A stretch of DNA of 64,000 nt from the human T2T-CHM13v2.0 reference genome, Homo sapiens, in NCBI RefSeq assembly GCF_009914755.1, contig NC_060947.1; one strand, written 5' to 3'. Position numbers and translations under genes: made by a program. Below the pieces are notes generated by a model. That model did no database searches. It was not told where the DNA came from and saw only the letters and a program-made list of their open reading frames with translations. Positions 32,041-47,444 of this stretch are shown in pieces. Positions within the stretch are counted from its first letter, which is position 1. The number at the start of each line of letters is the position of its first letter.

Positions 32041-32208
32041 CCAGTTGGTCAGGGCAAATAATTATTTTCAGACATTGTTCCCTTTATCTGCTTATAATTT
32101 GTTGAGGATTTTTGCATCTGTGTACATGAGAAATACTGATCTGTAGTTTTTCCTTCTAATATACTGTCTTTATCTGACTTTCGCATTAGGGTAATGCTGG
32201 CCTCATAG

Positions 32209-32928
32209 TGAAACAGCCTTTGAAAAAATTATAACTGAGACAAATATGACAGTGAAAGAGATCTGACCTAACTTATTCCATCTTGCTTCTAACCTCCAAG
32301 CTATCCTTGTTCATTCCTAGGCATAGGCTAACTTTAGGAGAAAATTTATAGTTTAACTTTGAAATAAAGGCAATAACAGTCCTTTCCCAAAACAAACCCG
32401 CTTCTAGCCAGGGGGCTAGACTGCCTTTGCACAACTAAAAAATTAGCCACAAGAGTAGAAATTATGGTTTAGGAGTCGTGCAACTAGAAGCTGCAAGATT
32501 CTGAAGCCAAATTACTTCTGGGGATAACATTACTTCTGTAAAACCCAAGATTAGTGCTTGAGATATTTTGCAGACCCTACACTCGATGGATCAGCTGTCA
32601 CCACTCAGATCAATAAACCGGCTCATTTGGACTTGTGGCCCCCACCCAGGAACTGACTCAAGGCAAGAGGACAGCTTCAACTCCCTATGATTGCATCTCT
32701 GATCTGAACAATCGACATTCCCCACTTTCCAACCCCTACCCGCCAAATTATGCTTAAAAACCACAATTCCCAAATTCTGAGGGAGGCTGATTTGAGTAAT
32801 AATAAAATGCTGGTCTCCCTTACGGTAAGCTCTGTGTGAATGAAACTCTTTCTCTGTTGCAGTCCCCTTGTCTTGATAAATCAGCTCTCTCTAGGCAGCG
32901 GGCAAGGAGAACCCACTGGGTGGTTACA
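32209..32928 (+). mobile_element. LTR8A-like ERV1 solo LTR, 720 bp
   Basis: tgaaacagcctttg...cagtgaaagagatctgacctaac...gggtggttaca; TSD atag / gtag. Confidence 0.9.
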
Positions 32929-33205
32929 GTAGTGTGACTTAGGGAACGTTCCTTCTGCTTTTATTTTCTGGAACTCATTGTGAAGGATTTTTGTCATTTC
33001 TTCCTTTAAAGCTTGGTGGAATTCACCAATGAAAACATTTCAGTCTGGTGCTTTTTTAGAAGGTTCATAATTATTAATTTAATGACTTTAATAAATATAG
33101 AATTATTCAGATAATCTATTTTCCCTTGTAAATTTTGATACTTTGTATATCTGAAGAAATAGGTCCACTTCATCTAATTTATCAAAATTGTGAGCATAGC
33201 ATTTC

Positions 33206-33504
33206 TTTATTATTATTATTATTATTTTTTTTTTTTTAGATGGAGTCTCGCTCTGTCACCAGGCTGGAGTGCAATGGCTCACTGCAACATTCAACACCCT
33301 GGTTCAAGGGATTCTCCTGCCTCAGCCTCCCGAGTAGCTGGGATTACAGGCACACACCACCATGCCCAGCTAATTTTTCTATTTTTAGTAGAGACGGGGT
33401 TTCACCATGTTAGCCAGGATGGTCTCAATCTCCCGACCTTGTTATCAGCCTGCCTCGGCCTCCCAAAGTGCAGGGATTACAGGCGTGACCCACCGTGCCC
33501 AGCC
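33206..33504 (-). mobile_element. AluSc-like with (TTA)n tail
   Basis: Antisense dimer with a small right-arm deletion. Confidence 0.94.
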
Positions 33505-36500
33505 CCTTTATGATCTTTTTAATGTCTGTGGCATCAGTAATGTGATGACCCTGTTTCTATTTCTGATATTGGTGATTTATGTCTTCTCTTTTTTTCCTTA
33601 GTGAGCTTGGATAGAGCTTATTGGTTTTATTGATTTTTTTCAAAAAACCAGCTTTTGGTTTCATTGATTTCTCTATTGTTTTCTAATTTTTAATGTGAAT
33701 GATTTCCTCTTCAATTTTTATTACTTCTTTTTTCTGCTTGCTTGAGACTTAAATGGCTGTTCCTTCTGTACTTTTCTAGTGTAAGATTCAATTGCTGATT
33801 TTATAATTTTGTCTTTTCTAATATATGCATTTAATACTATACATTTCACTGATTTTGCTGCATCTCACAAGTTTTTGATAAATTGTATATATATTTTCAC
33901 TCAGTTTAAAATATTTTTAAAAGTTATCTTGAGACACTTTGATCCATGTGCTATTTAGACAACTTTTGTTCAATCTCCAAATACTTGAGAATTTTCCACC
34001 TATATTTCAGTTATTTATTTCTAATTTAATTTCACTGTGGTCTAAGAAGATACTTTATCTGATTTCTAATTTTTGAAACTGGTCAAAGTGTATTCTGTGG
34101 CATAGAATGTGGTGTGTCTTGGTGAGTATGTCATGAGAGCTTAAGAATATTATATATTCTACTGGTAATGGATGGAATATTCTATAAAGGTCAGTTAGAT
34201 CAAGTTGATTGATAATATTTTTCAAGTTGGCTATATCCTTACTGATTTTCTGCCCTATTGATCTATCAATTGCAAAAAGAAGGGTGCAGAAGTCTCCAGC
34301 TATAGCAATAGATTTGTCTATTTCTCCCTTCCTTCCATTCTATCAGTTTTGCTTCACATAATTTCATGCTATCTTGTTAAATGCATACATATTTGGAATT
34401 GTTGTCTTGGAGAATTCACCACTTTATATATATCATTTTATAATGCCACTTTTTATCCTAGATATTTTGTCCTGCTATTAATTTTTTCTGAATTAAAATA
34501 GCTACTACAGCTTTCTTTTGATTAGTGTTGGTATACCTTCCTTCATCTCTTTACTTTTAACCTATTTGACTCTTGCTATTGAAAGTGAGTATCTTGTAGA
34601 CAACATAGATATTGTTTTTCTTTTAATCCACTCTGACAATGTGAGGCTTTTAATTGCTATATTTAGATGAGTCACATTTAAATGATTATTGATACATTTG
34701 GGCTAATATCTACCATGCTTTCAGGTGTTTTCTGTTTATTCCACTTGTTCTTTCTTTTTCACCTCTTTTTATGCCTTCTCTGGTTTTATGTGAGCATTTT
34801 ATATTATTCCATTTTATTATCTCTCAGCATATAAATTATACCTCTTTTTAAAAAATTAGTACTTGTGCTAAAGTTTGCAATACATATTTTAACAAATATG
34901 TCTGCCTTCAAATAATACTATAACACTATATGCAAAGCAGGAAACTTACAACAGAGTATTTTCAGTTTCTTTCATCATGTCTTTTATGATATTAGTACCA
35001 TTTGTTTTATTTAACCATATGCTATAATAATGCATTGTTACTGCTCCTACTTTAATTAAATGAATTAAATGCTAGAAATAAAAAACTACGCTGTAACAGA
35101 AATGAAGAATGCCTTTGATGGGCTCATAAGTAGACTGGGTGTGGCCAAGGAAAAAAATGAGTAAACTTTAATTAAACTAACTAGTTTAATTAAAAAGAAA
35201 AATATTAACGATATGAAAATAAAGACTAATAAAAATATGAAAAATAAAGAATTTCATATTACCTTTATTTATTTCTTCTTCATCCAATGCTCTTCTTTCC
35301 TTATGTAGGTCTCAGTTTCTGACCTATATAATTTTCCTTCTCTCCGAAGAACTTTTCACATTTCTTGCATGGCAGGTATGCTGAAAGTGAATTTCATCAA
35401 TTTTTGATTGTCTGAGAAAGTCTTTATTTCTTCTTTAATTTTAAAAATAATTCACTACAGAATTCTAGAATTTTTTTCTTTCAAAACTCAACATCTCACA
35501 TTCTATTCTCTTCTTGCTAACATGGTTTCTGATGAGGAAACCACTATAATTCTTATTTTTGTTGACCTATGGGTACATTTTTCCCCATATACCTTATACC
35601 AGATTCATTCAAGATTTTCTGTTTGTCTTTGTTTTTCTGCAGTTGGAATGTAATATATCCAGATGTATTTTTTAGGGTTTTTTTAAAAATACTTTTCAGT
35701 TTTTTGTATATTTATTTGTTTTATGATATTTATGCCGCTTGGTGTTCTCTGAGCTACCTGGATTTGTGGTTTTATATGTGTCATCAATTTTGAAACATTC
35801 CCAGTAACTATTCAGGTATTTCTTCTGCTGTGTTCTCTCTTTTTTCTACTTCTGGTATTGCAGTTATGTGTACGCTACACCTTTTGAAGTTGTCCTACAG
35901 TTCTTAGCTATTCTATTCTGGTTTTACCCTCCCCCCTGCCCCTGCCAATCTTTTTTCTCTTTGCATGTCAGTTTGGGAAGTTTCTATTTACATATCTTCA
36001 AGTTTACTGATTTTTTTTTTCCCTTGGCCACATCCAGTCTACTGATGAGCCCACCAAAGGCATTCTTCCTGTCTGTTACAGTGTAGTTTTTGTTTCTAGC
36101 ATTTCCTTTTGTTTCTTTCTTAGGGTTTCCATGACTTTCTGCTTATACTACCCATCTGTTTTTGTATGTCTACTTTATCCATTTTTGCTCTTATTAAATT
36201 ATTCAGTTATTTTAAAATCTGTTTGATAATCACAACATCTGTGTCGTATCTGAGTCTGGTTCTGTTAGTTGTCTCTTCAGATGTGTTTTAGTATGCTTTG
36301 AAATTTTTTATTGAAAACCAGACACGGTGATAATAGGAACTGAGGTTAAACAGGACTCAGTGTGATGTTTTATGTTAATCTGGCTAGGAGGTGGACTGGC
36401 TAGTTCGTTGTAGCTGTATGTGTTAGAGGCTTCAATATCCTCTAGTGTCCTTGTTTTTGCTTCCCCTCTTCACTTTAAACTTCAGTAAGTTAAGTTCTAC

Positions 36501-37566
36501 TTAGAAAGAGTCTGCATCTTGAAGCTCTTTCAGCTGCAATCCACTGTTATTTTACTGAAGCCACATTGGTATGGTGGTAAGATGTGCAGAGGGGAAGTGT
36601 TTTATAAACTTATGATTAACTCAGAGTCTTTTAGTAGGCCCACGTTCCTGGCCTGTTACCTTCCTTAAATGAGTCAGGACGGCAAGAGGGTTTTGGAGCA
36701 GGAAAATGTCTTTCTCGCAGCTGGGGTAAGGCTGTTAAGGTATTTTTTCCTGTAGAGAAGTCCTTTGGTATGGAGAATCAAGTAAGCTCTGGGTATGTTT
36801 CACAATGATTACTCTTTCTCTCTCCCTGCCAAAGCCACAAAGGGATCTTTCTTGACTCCTCACCATGAGAACCTGGTAGGAATGGTTCCTAGAGGTAAAA
36901 CCCATTAAAGTGTGGAGCCTTTTCTAAAACTGTGGCCCAGGGAAGATTTTCACTCTCATGCTAGTCCACAATCAGTGTTACTGGAATTACCATCTATGTG
37001 TTCCTATTAGTTTATGTCTCTAGTGGATTTTTCTCCAGATAAGCAGATTTTTGACGTTACTCTAGATCCACCTGTGTCTCCAGATTCAAGGGGGGTAGTG
37101 TGCCCTGTGAACTAAGTTCTCTGATGCATCCAAAAAGAAGTTGTTGATTTTCAAGTTTGTTCAGCTTTTTCTTGTTGTAAAGATGGGAGTGGCAACTCCC
37201 ACACTTTCTAGGTATGGGAGTATTTACACTGCACCACGTTGGTTAAGAAGCCATGGCGCGCTTCCCACAGTCAGTCAGGCCTGCTGACAATGAAAGCACT
37301 TCCTGATCATTTTAAAAAACTTATTTTGTCCATCCTAAGTTCCAATAATTTCTAGCTATAGTTTACTCTTCCATATCCTATTTCTTGGTATACTAGAAAA
37401 TTATTCATGCACAAATCCAGACCAAACTTTTCAGTGTATCAGAAAACCAAGTTTATTATCAGATAGCTGCTAAAATTAGCCTTGCTAATTTTATGCCTGA
37501 CATGATAGATTGGCACGAGGTATCCACGTCGCACCAAATTGTCTCCTTTCTCTCTCTTCTGTCTAG

Positions 37567-38279
<713 letters not shown>

Positions 38280-39599
38280 CATCAGTGAAGTCTTATCATG
38301 CATTGTAGCTAAGGCCATTAGGTAAAATTACTATTTGTATCTGTTTCAACAGAGTGGAAAAAAATCAGCACACAGACACATGCACACACAAGCATATATG
38401 CCAGGTGTCTATTTTTTATTGGAAAGACAGTGCACTCAATGTAGTCATTGAAACCATATCAAGCATTCACAAGATAATTATATTTTTATTTCATACATGT
38501 TGGAAAAAACAGAAGACTATTTACATATCTCCAAAATTCCTTGAGACTTTTTTATATGCCTAGATACCAAGAGTGTGACTTCATAGTACAAGGAACTAAA
38601 AAAAATAATAAATTGAATAGTCTCTCTAAAATAAGAGATTATAAATCTTTCCCCCCATTTTTGAAGGTTTATAAAAGTTGAAATAAAGTCTTTCTATACT
38701 TTGTAAGATTCATAGGTATCATGACAACACAATTTAATAGGAGCTGACAAAATACAACTCAGCAGACCTATAAAGGGAAATCTCTCAGACATTGAAAAAA
38801 AACAATTTTCCACTTATTTTAGAGGACTAAGTTGCTGGGAGCCTTCACAGGTTATTGTGTACCAATTCTTCTCTCTTTTCATTCCACTTTGTACAATATA
38901 TTGGACAAATTTAGGATTGAATATAGCCATTTATAAAACTGACCATTTTAGCAGTGGGATAAAGGGAGATAAAAGGTTTATATTACTCACCTGTCGTCAG
39001 TTAAGATCTCCAAAATCCCTTAAATCTTTTCTTAGTTTCAGAGGTAATGTTAAAGTTAATTGATGTTCAACAGAAAAATATTTCTATCTGCTGAGGAAGG
39101 AACTCTGAGTTTTAAAACATCTTGATGCAGTTCTAGCAGAAGAAATTTTGATTTTGTGTTAGTGGAACTGGCTTCAGTGAAGATGAGCAGTGTTAATATT
39201 TCAGAAACTGGGACCGTATGCAACACAGGTCCGTACTAGATAAAGGAGTCTCGATGAATGAATCTCAACTCTTTGGCAAGGGTCTTGTACTAAAAGAAGT
39301 AAATTAGCAATAAGGTACTGATCTATAACAATATTGAAGCCTGAGGCCAGGAAATTTTTAAGGCCTTAGGATAGATAAGATAGGTATCGTATAGCCCTGG
39401 GGTATAAAGCTGGGCTCTTTGACAAGAAAACTCACTGCCAACAGGTCTGGAACTAATGATTTGTTTAGGTAGAGCTTGCCTCTTCAGGTGATGGAAAATA
39501 TCATGGCAGATTATGACAGCAAAACAGCAAGACGAGACCAGATATACATTGGAAGAGGAGGTGGTTGGTGAGCCATGCATCTAAATGTATTTTCCAAAT

Positions 39600-40050
39600 T
39601 GTAACACAGATTAATAGAGCCCAAGGACAGCAGTGGAATCAATCACTGGGTGAAAGAGACAGAGAAATAAAGTGTTTGAGGCTATAAAGTTAGCTGGGAC
39701 TTTGTGGAGAGATAACTGGAGAAGACAGAACTGTAGGCAGAGTGCTAAAAATCTATGTATAAATTTTCTCTTGGGTCATTGGCCAGCTCCTAAGTTGAGC
39801 ATATGCAGTGTGAGATTCTTTGAGGTCAAGCAGAGAACAGCATCAAGAGGCTAAATAGGTGGTCAGAGATTTTAGAGATCACACAATGCTGGGAAATCAT
39901 TGGAGTCTGGGCTCATTTAAAAGGGAAAAATTATCATGAACATACAGATTTGCAGTTGACACACCAGAAGGCCATGAACTAGAGATGATGCCTTAATAGA
40001 GACAAAAAAAAATAGACCCACTCTAACAAAGCTTAAAAATAAGTCTTGAT
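39600..40050 (+). mobile_element. Probable old L1M 5'-region fragment
   Basis: cagagaacagcatcaagaggct, gacccactctaacaaagcttaaaaataag. Confidence 0.45.
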
Positions 40051-40053
40051 AGA

Positions 40054-40195
40054 GGCAGGGCACAGTGGCTCACTCCTGTAATCCCAGCACTTTGGGAGGC
40101 TGACGTAAGAAAATGGCTTGAGACCAGGAGTTCAAGACCACCCTGAGCAACAAAGTGAGACACCCCCCTAAACTCTACAAAAAATAAAAAATAAT
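40054..40195 (+). mobile_element. FLAM/AluJ left monomer
   Basis: ggcagggcacagtggctcactcctgtaatcccagcac...ctctacaaaaaataaaaa with no right arm. Confidence 0.88.
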
Positions 40196-41310
40196 TTTTA
40201 AGAAACTTATCTATTCATAGGATTGTGGCAATCAACCAGTAAGATACAATATTCTTAAGAGGAAGATAATATAATTAACAGTTTCTTTGCTTTATGTATT
40301 TTTTGAATCTATGTATAATGCTGTCTCAGTTGCAAGTACAATTAGGGTAGAATTTTCCCCCTACTTTTCCTGTTGGCATATATTCATGATCCCATAACAT
40401 AAGTATGGACTGAATCACTTTTTTCAAATGATCATTGAAATATTGCTTGATGGTGACATTTAACACACACAGCTGGGAGGTAATACCCCATGGAATAATT
40501 ACTAAATCTTACTTTGCTGACTTTTTTTCCTTTTTTACCAGTTGTATCAAATTATCTCTTGAAACAATTGTTGTTGGTTCAGGCTAACATGTCTGTTCCA
40601 GTCAGTACTTTGTGATTTTTCAGAACAAAATAATTTATATAGCAGTCTGTAATCTGAAATATTCTAAGGTTCAAATATAAGATGATTTCCTCTTCTAAGG
40701 ATAGTTTTTGATATTGAAAAACTCTTCATATATATGGGTATGTACAGTGAATCTCAAATCCATCTCCTTTTCTCCTTCACTACCACTGTAAATTAAAATC
40801 ATCTCTCACCTGGACAATGGCCCTCACTGTTTAATTGCATGCCCCATAGCTATTCTTGGCCCTCTGTACATTCTCCACACAAATTTATTTTTTTAATATG
40901 CCAGTCTAATTTTCTTACTTCTTTACGTAAAGCCCATTAGTGCTATTTCTTTACTACCTTTCCAAGAGTTTCTAAAATCCTTGACGGTACCTGACATTTT
41001 ATTTAAAAATGATTCAACATACAAAGATGCAGGAAAAAGCAGCTGAAAAAGTGCTAAAAGAATCAATTCCAGAGAGGAATCTAGCAGACAAAGAATTCAA
41101 AATAACCACAATTAATATGCTAAATATTTATCACCTAGAGTTGTGGTAAGGATGAAGTGAAATCAAATATGCATAAAAGTCTAATACAGAAATGTTTTCT
41201 TTCCACTTTGACATTGTGAGAAAAGCACTGCAAACGCTTAGTGACTACTGATTTCTTGATGTTCTGTAGAACGCCAATCACAAAAATAATTATTTCAAAT
41301 TCATAGATTA

Positions 41311-41904
41311 TGTGATGGTTAATTTTACGTGTCAATTTAACTAAATTAAGGAATATCTAGAAACCTGGTAAAGCATTATTTTGGGGTGTGTCTGTAAGGG
41401 TGTTTCCAAAGGAGATTGGCATGTGAGTCTGAGTAGACTACATGAGGAAGATTCACCCTCAATGTGGGCAGGCACCATTCAATCTGCTGGGAGCCAGGAG
41501 AGAATAAAAACAGAGAAAAGGCAAATACATTGATCTATCTCTGAGGCTGGGATATGCTCTTCCTCTCCTGTCCTTGAACAACAACTCCAGTCAGCCCGGG
41601 CTTTGGACTCCAGGACTTACACCAGTGACCCCCTGGGTTCTCAGGTCTTTGGCCTTGGACTGAGAGTTACACCATCAGCTTCTCTTGTTCTGAGGCCTTC
41701 GGACTTGGACTGGGCCATGCTATTGGCATCCTAGGGTTTCCAGCTAGCAGACAACAGCCTATTGTAGGACTTCTCAGCCTCCATAATTGTGTGAGTTAGT
41801 TCCCCTAATAAATATTTTCTCATATATCTATATCTATATCTGTATCTCCTATTGGTTCTGTCTCTCTCAAGAACCCGAACACCAATTAGAATGTGACTAA
41901 GACA
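41311..41904 (+). mobile_element. MLT2B-like ERVL solo LTR
   Basis: tgtgatggttaatttta...gaaacctggtaaagcattatttt...cctattggttctgtctctct...tgactaagaca. Confidence 0.88.
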
Positions 41905-42547
41905 ACGACAGTTTTATTTTACATGAGTTCTACTCCAAGTATGCCCTCCTAAGAATATGCCTTGGTTGCTGTAATTGAATTTCTGTCTTAATTAGCAGTA
42001 TAATAAGCTATTTAGACTATGTTCTACCAAAGAGACCTAATTTAAATCATAATAGATTATTTTTCATTTAGCCTTGAGACAGTGACCTTTTGTGAACATT
42101 TGGTCATTTCTGTATATAATTTGCTGCTATCCACCAGTTATTGATTATACTAGCTGTTGAGGGAACATAAATATTAGACTACTGCATTATAAGGTCATAA
42201 GTTGAAAAATCCTTAAGAACTGTAAACCATATAACAGTTCAAACTGGGAAAATGGAATATTACAAGTGGCAAAATTTAGTAAGAATAAAAGAGAACATAT
42301 GTGCTACAATTTTACAAAGAAAATGTTATATATATGAAATTGCAGTAAATTATCATCATGATGAAAAAGCACTTATATGCACACCTGCACCTGAATCTCT
42401 TTAGAAAGTGAACAAAGCAAATTATATGACATTCTGCTTTTAGTATAAAAATATATGTTTTGTGAGCAATTTGTTTGAATATACACTTAGTATATTGAGA
42501 AAATACATGTTCATAATATTCTGGTTTTTAGTGTAGCATATAATCAG

Positions 42548-43492
42548 TGATAGAGGCAGGAGGCAGAGAAACTCTAGGCAGACAGGAGTGGGTCCCTGGC
42601 AAAACCCCACCTTCGAGCTGAAAAGCCTGAAACTCCTGGCCCAAAGTGAGAACTTCCATTCTTGTGTGCCTGCTCTCTCCCAATTAGTTCTTTCTGGATA
42701 ATGTCTTTTTACCAATCAAATGTTGCCTTTTGCAAAACTACCTACAACCCACCCCACCCTGCATCCTGTACCTATAAAGACCCCAGACTCAGCCAGTAGA
42801 GAGGAGAAGTGGCTGGATGTAAGGGAAAGGCTACTTGAGTTCCAAGATGGCAACTGGACATTGAAGAGAGGTAACTTGACCTCAGGGGAGAGTGACCTGC
42901 TCTTCCCATCCCATTTCCAGCTTCCCTGTCTGCTGAGAGCCACTTTCATTGCTCAATAAAATTCTTCGCATTCACCGTGCTTCAATTCATCTGTGTGAGC
43001 TCATTCATCTTGGGCACCAGACAAGAATTTGGAACCTACCAACTGTGGGTATCCAAAAAGGCTGTCACACTGGCCCTCTGCCCTTGCTGGTGGAGGGCAG
43101 TCACCCCATGTGATGAAGCAAAGGTCCCACTGAGCTGATAACACACACACAGCAGAGCTAAGAGCATTGTAACACGCACTCTAGGGCTTTGGAGCTACAG
43201 ACACCCCTACCTGCATGATGCCACAGGGCCTGCATGGAGTTTGCTCTTGCTGTCACTAATGTGGCTGGCTGATTCCTGCACTTGCTTGCCTATGTGCTCC
43301 TTCCCACGAGGGGTGAAGTGCAGCGGACCTGAGTGACCAGAGTTTGCTCCTGCCCGCCCTGAAGCAGCTGGTTGGTTCCAGCACTCGTTTGCTCACACGC
43401 TGCCTCCCAGGAGGGGTTGAGTGGGTGGGCTGAGTAAATGGGGCACCTCTGTTGGGAGTCCTGCAAAGGGGTCCAGAAAATATCCTGCATCA
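42548..43492 (+). mobile_element. ERV1 solo LTR (LTR27/LTR28/MER50-52 group), 945 bp
   Basis: tgatagaggcaggaggcagag...tcctgcatca; TSD tcag (42544-42547, 43493-43496); CCAAT boxes, tataaa (~42773) and aataaa (~42955). Confidence 0.88.
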
Positions 43493-43789
43493 TCAGCACA
43501 CAAAATTATTTACTCTTGAAGCCTTAGTAATAAAACTGTAGGTAATAGAAGCTTGAACATCAGTACAGAAATAATAATTTAATGTTGTATTATTTGAAAT
43601 GAAAAAAACGCTTGTGCAAACTGCGGAAATAATCATTCTCAAAAACCTTTCCCTGGGCTATATCTCAATATCATTTAAGGGGCAGAAGAAAAATACCACT
43701 CGATAACACTTTCCCCTGACTAATGCAGTTCCATAAAAACATTTCATATTTAATCAATAGTCTTTAATTTCTACGCAATATATTTACTA

Positions 43790-44345
43790 AATTATTCATT
43801 TATTCACTCATTTATCTATAAATTTATTCATGTCCCAATTACTCAGTGAACATCTATCTATCTGTCTAGCAGGATTCTAGTAAATGAGAATAAAGCAGAA
43901 AGCAAGATATTCAAAGTTACTGTAGTCTTGGAATTGTATTTTAGCAGGGAACCAGAGACGAAGTCATGAAATAGAGAAGGTAATTTCAGATATTAAAATT
44001 ACACTGAAGTAAAAAAAAAAATGCAGGCTTCTTATAAAAGTGATAACGGAACTGCTTTGGGGTTTTGGGAACAGCATAGGCCTGAAGCCAATAAAAAGCA
44101 GGCTACTTAAAGATTTTGGAAAACAGTGTTCCAGGCAGAGAGAGAACTGCAAGTGAAAAGGTATACAAAGGAACTTGCTTTATTATTTGTTCAAGAAGAC
44201 AAAAGAGCTCCATGTGGCTACAGCTTAGGAAGCAAGCCAAGGAATGAAAAAATAAGAGACTGCAGACCATAATAAGGATTTGGGATTGGATTAGAAGTGC
44301 AGTGAGAAGCCACTGGACAATTTTAAGAACAACAACATGATATTA
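43790..44345. mobile_element. L2 fragment
   Basis: attcatttattcactcatttat...gtgttccaggcagagagagaactgcaagtgaaaagg...gaagccactgga. Confidence 0.7.
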
Positions 44346-45768
44346 TTTGTAAAATGTATGAATTCAAAGTATTATATATACACAAAAGTGCATAAATCAC
44401 AACTATACAATTTGATAAACTTTTAAATGAAATTTACACCTTAGTAACAAACAGATGAAAAAAAGAACATTACCAACATCCAGAAGCCCACCACACCACC
44501 AAAAGTAATCGTGATTCTCACTTCTATTACCATGGCTTAGTTTTGAATCTTTTTTAACTTTATAAATGGAAAATATCATTTGTGTTTTGCTTCTTTTGCT
44601 CAACATTATGTCTATGACATGCATCCATTCTATTGCATGTTCTAGCAGTTTGTTTACAATTTATTTTTCTGTTCTGCTACTGTATTGATTGATGTTTAAA
44701 TTGCTTCCATTTGGGGGATATTACAAATAATGCAGCTGTGAATATTCTCATGCATGTTCACAGCTAACAAACAATGGCATTTATCTTGGGTATATAGCTG
44801 AGACAGGTCATAGGTATACAAATGTCCATTTTTAGTAAATACTGTCAAAGAATTTTTCAAAGTGCATTACCGATCTATATTCATCAGCAATGTGCATGAG
44901 TTTCAGTCACTCTAAATACTCTCTAGCACATGATATTGTTAAATAAAGTTTTTATTTAACTTCATTCATGCTTCTGGGCATGGTGTGATTTTCTTGATTA
45001 AAAAATATTTATTTTATACTTTTATTTTGCATATCTTTTACCATCAAAATATAAGACATTTTCATCACCCCAAGCTTCCCTCAGGTCCCTGTTCAGTTAA
45101 CCTCTAACCTCTCACAGCCCCAGGCAACCACCAATCTGCTCTTGGTCACAATAGATCACTTTGGCCTATTCCACAATTTCATATGTGTGGACTCATAGTA
45201 TAGGGACTCTTTTGTGTCTGCCTTTTTAAAATTCTGCATATTTATTCATGTCATGTGTATCATTAGTATTTTTATTTTTATTACAAAGTAATATCCCTAT
45301 ATATTTGCATACCATCACTGGTATACCAACAATGTCAGCCATTTTTTTAATCCAATCATTTGTTGATGTAAATTAGAGTGGCTTACAGTTTTGGTTATTA
45401 TGAATAGAGTTACTATGAACATTCATGTGCAAGTCTTTATAAGGACATATTTTCTTTTCTTTCCGCTCCACCTTGAAATTGAATTAGTAGGCTTCATGCT
45501 AAGTATATGTTTAATTATATCAGAAAGCGCTGAACAGTTGGGCAAATTTACCCCTCTAAAAGCAATACATGAAAGTTTCACTGTCTTCACATGCTTGTCA
45601 ACATTCAGAATTGACTGCCATTTCAATTTTAGCTATTCTAATGAATGTGTGGTGTTAATGGTGCCTTTAAAAGGACGGATGTTTTAACTTTCATGACATT
45701 GATTTTTTTCTTCTTAAATTGGTACTTTATACACAGAAATATTTGCTTACCTCTATACTGAAAAGATA

Positions 45769-46063
45769 GGCCAGATGCGGTGGCTCATGCCTGTAATCCC
45801 AACACTTTGGGAGGCCAAGATGGGTGGATCATGATGTCAGGAGTTCGAGACCGGCCTGACCAACATGGTGAAACCTCGTCTCTACTAAAAAATCCAAAAA
45901 ATTAGCCGGGCATGGTGGCATGTGCCTGTAGTCCCAGCTACTCAGGAGGCTGAGGCAGGAGAATCGCTTGAACCCCGGAGGCAGAAGTTGCAGTGAGCCG
46001 AGATCACGCCACTGCACTCCAGCCTGGACGACAGAGCGAGACTCCGTCTCAAAAAAAAAAAAA
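45769..46063 (+). mobile_element. AluSg-like
   Basis: Full dimer with A tail; TSD aaaagat. Confidence 0.96.
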
Positions 46064-46366
46064 AAAAGATGTTCTTATATGTTTTCCTCTAGATCTTTAT
46101 AGTTTTAGCTTTGACCTGTGAGTCTATGATCCATTTTATGTTACATTTACTGTATGAGATTCTGATCAAGGTTCACTTCTTTTCATATGTATATTCCAGA
46201 GTATTAGCACCATTTGTTGAAAAGATTATTTTTTCCTGTTGAATTATCTTGGTACTAAAAAAAGCTAATTGAACATATATGTATGTGAATGTACTTCTGG
46301 ACATTTTCTTCTGTCTTATTATTTGATATGTCTCTCCCTTACAGCAATATCAGCCTGTGTTAATTA

Positions 46367-46856
<490 letters not shown>

Positions 46857-47132
46857 TATAAATGTTTAGAATCAGTTTATTGGTACTTGAGGAAAAACCA
46901 GCCTGCTTGGATTTTGATTGGGATAACGTTGAATGTATACATCAATTTTGGAAGAATTGATCTGAACAATATTGAGTCATCCAATTGATAAATGAAGTAT
47001 GTCAGTTCAATTTTTTAGTTCTTCATCTCTCTCATTATTATTTTCTAGTTATAAGTGCACAGGCCTTTCATATATTTTGTTAAATTTATCCCTAAATAGT
47101 TCATGATTTTGATATTCTTGAAAATGGAATTG

Positions 47133-47444
<312 letters not shown>

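Larger units (their letters stand above)
32085..37215 (-). mobile_element. Old L1M 5' portion (5'UTR, ORF1, ORF2 endonuclease region) interrupted by LTR8A and an Alu
   Basis: Antisense ORF2 hallmarks ttgaggatttttgcatctgt, agggtaatgctggcctcatag, caaaaaaccagcttttggtttcattgat; ORF1-like sequence at ~35.3-36.2 kb. Confidence 0.85.
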
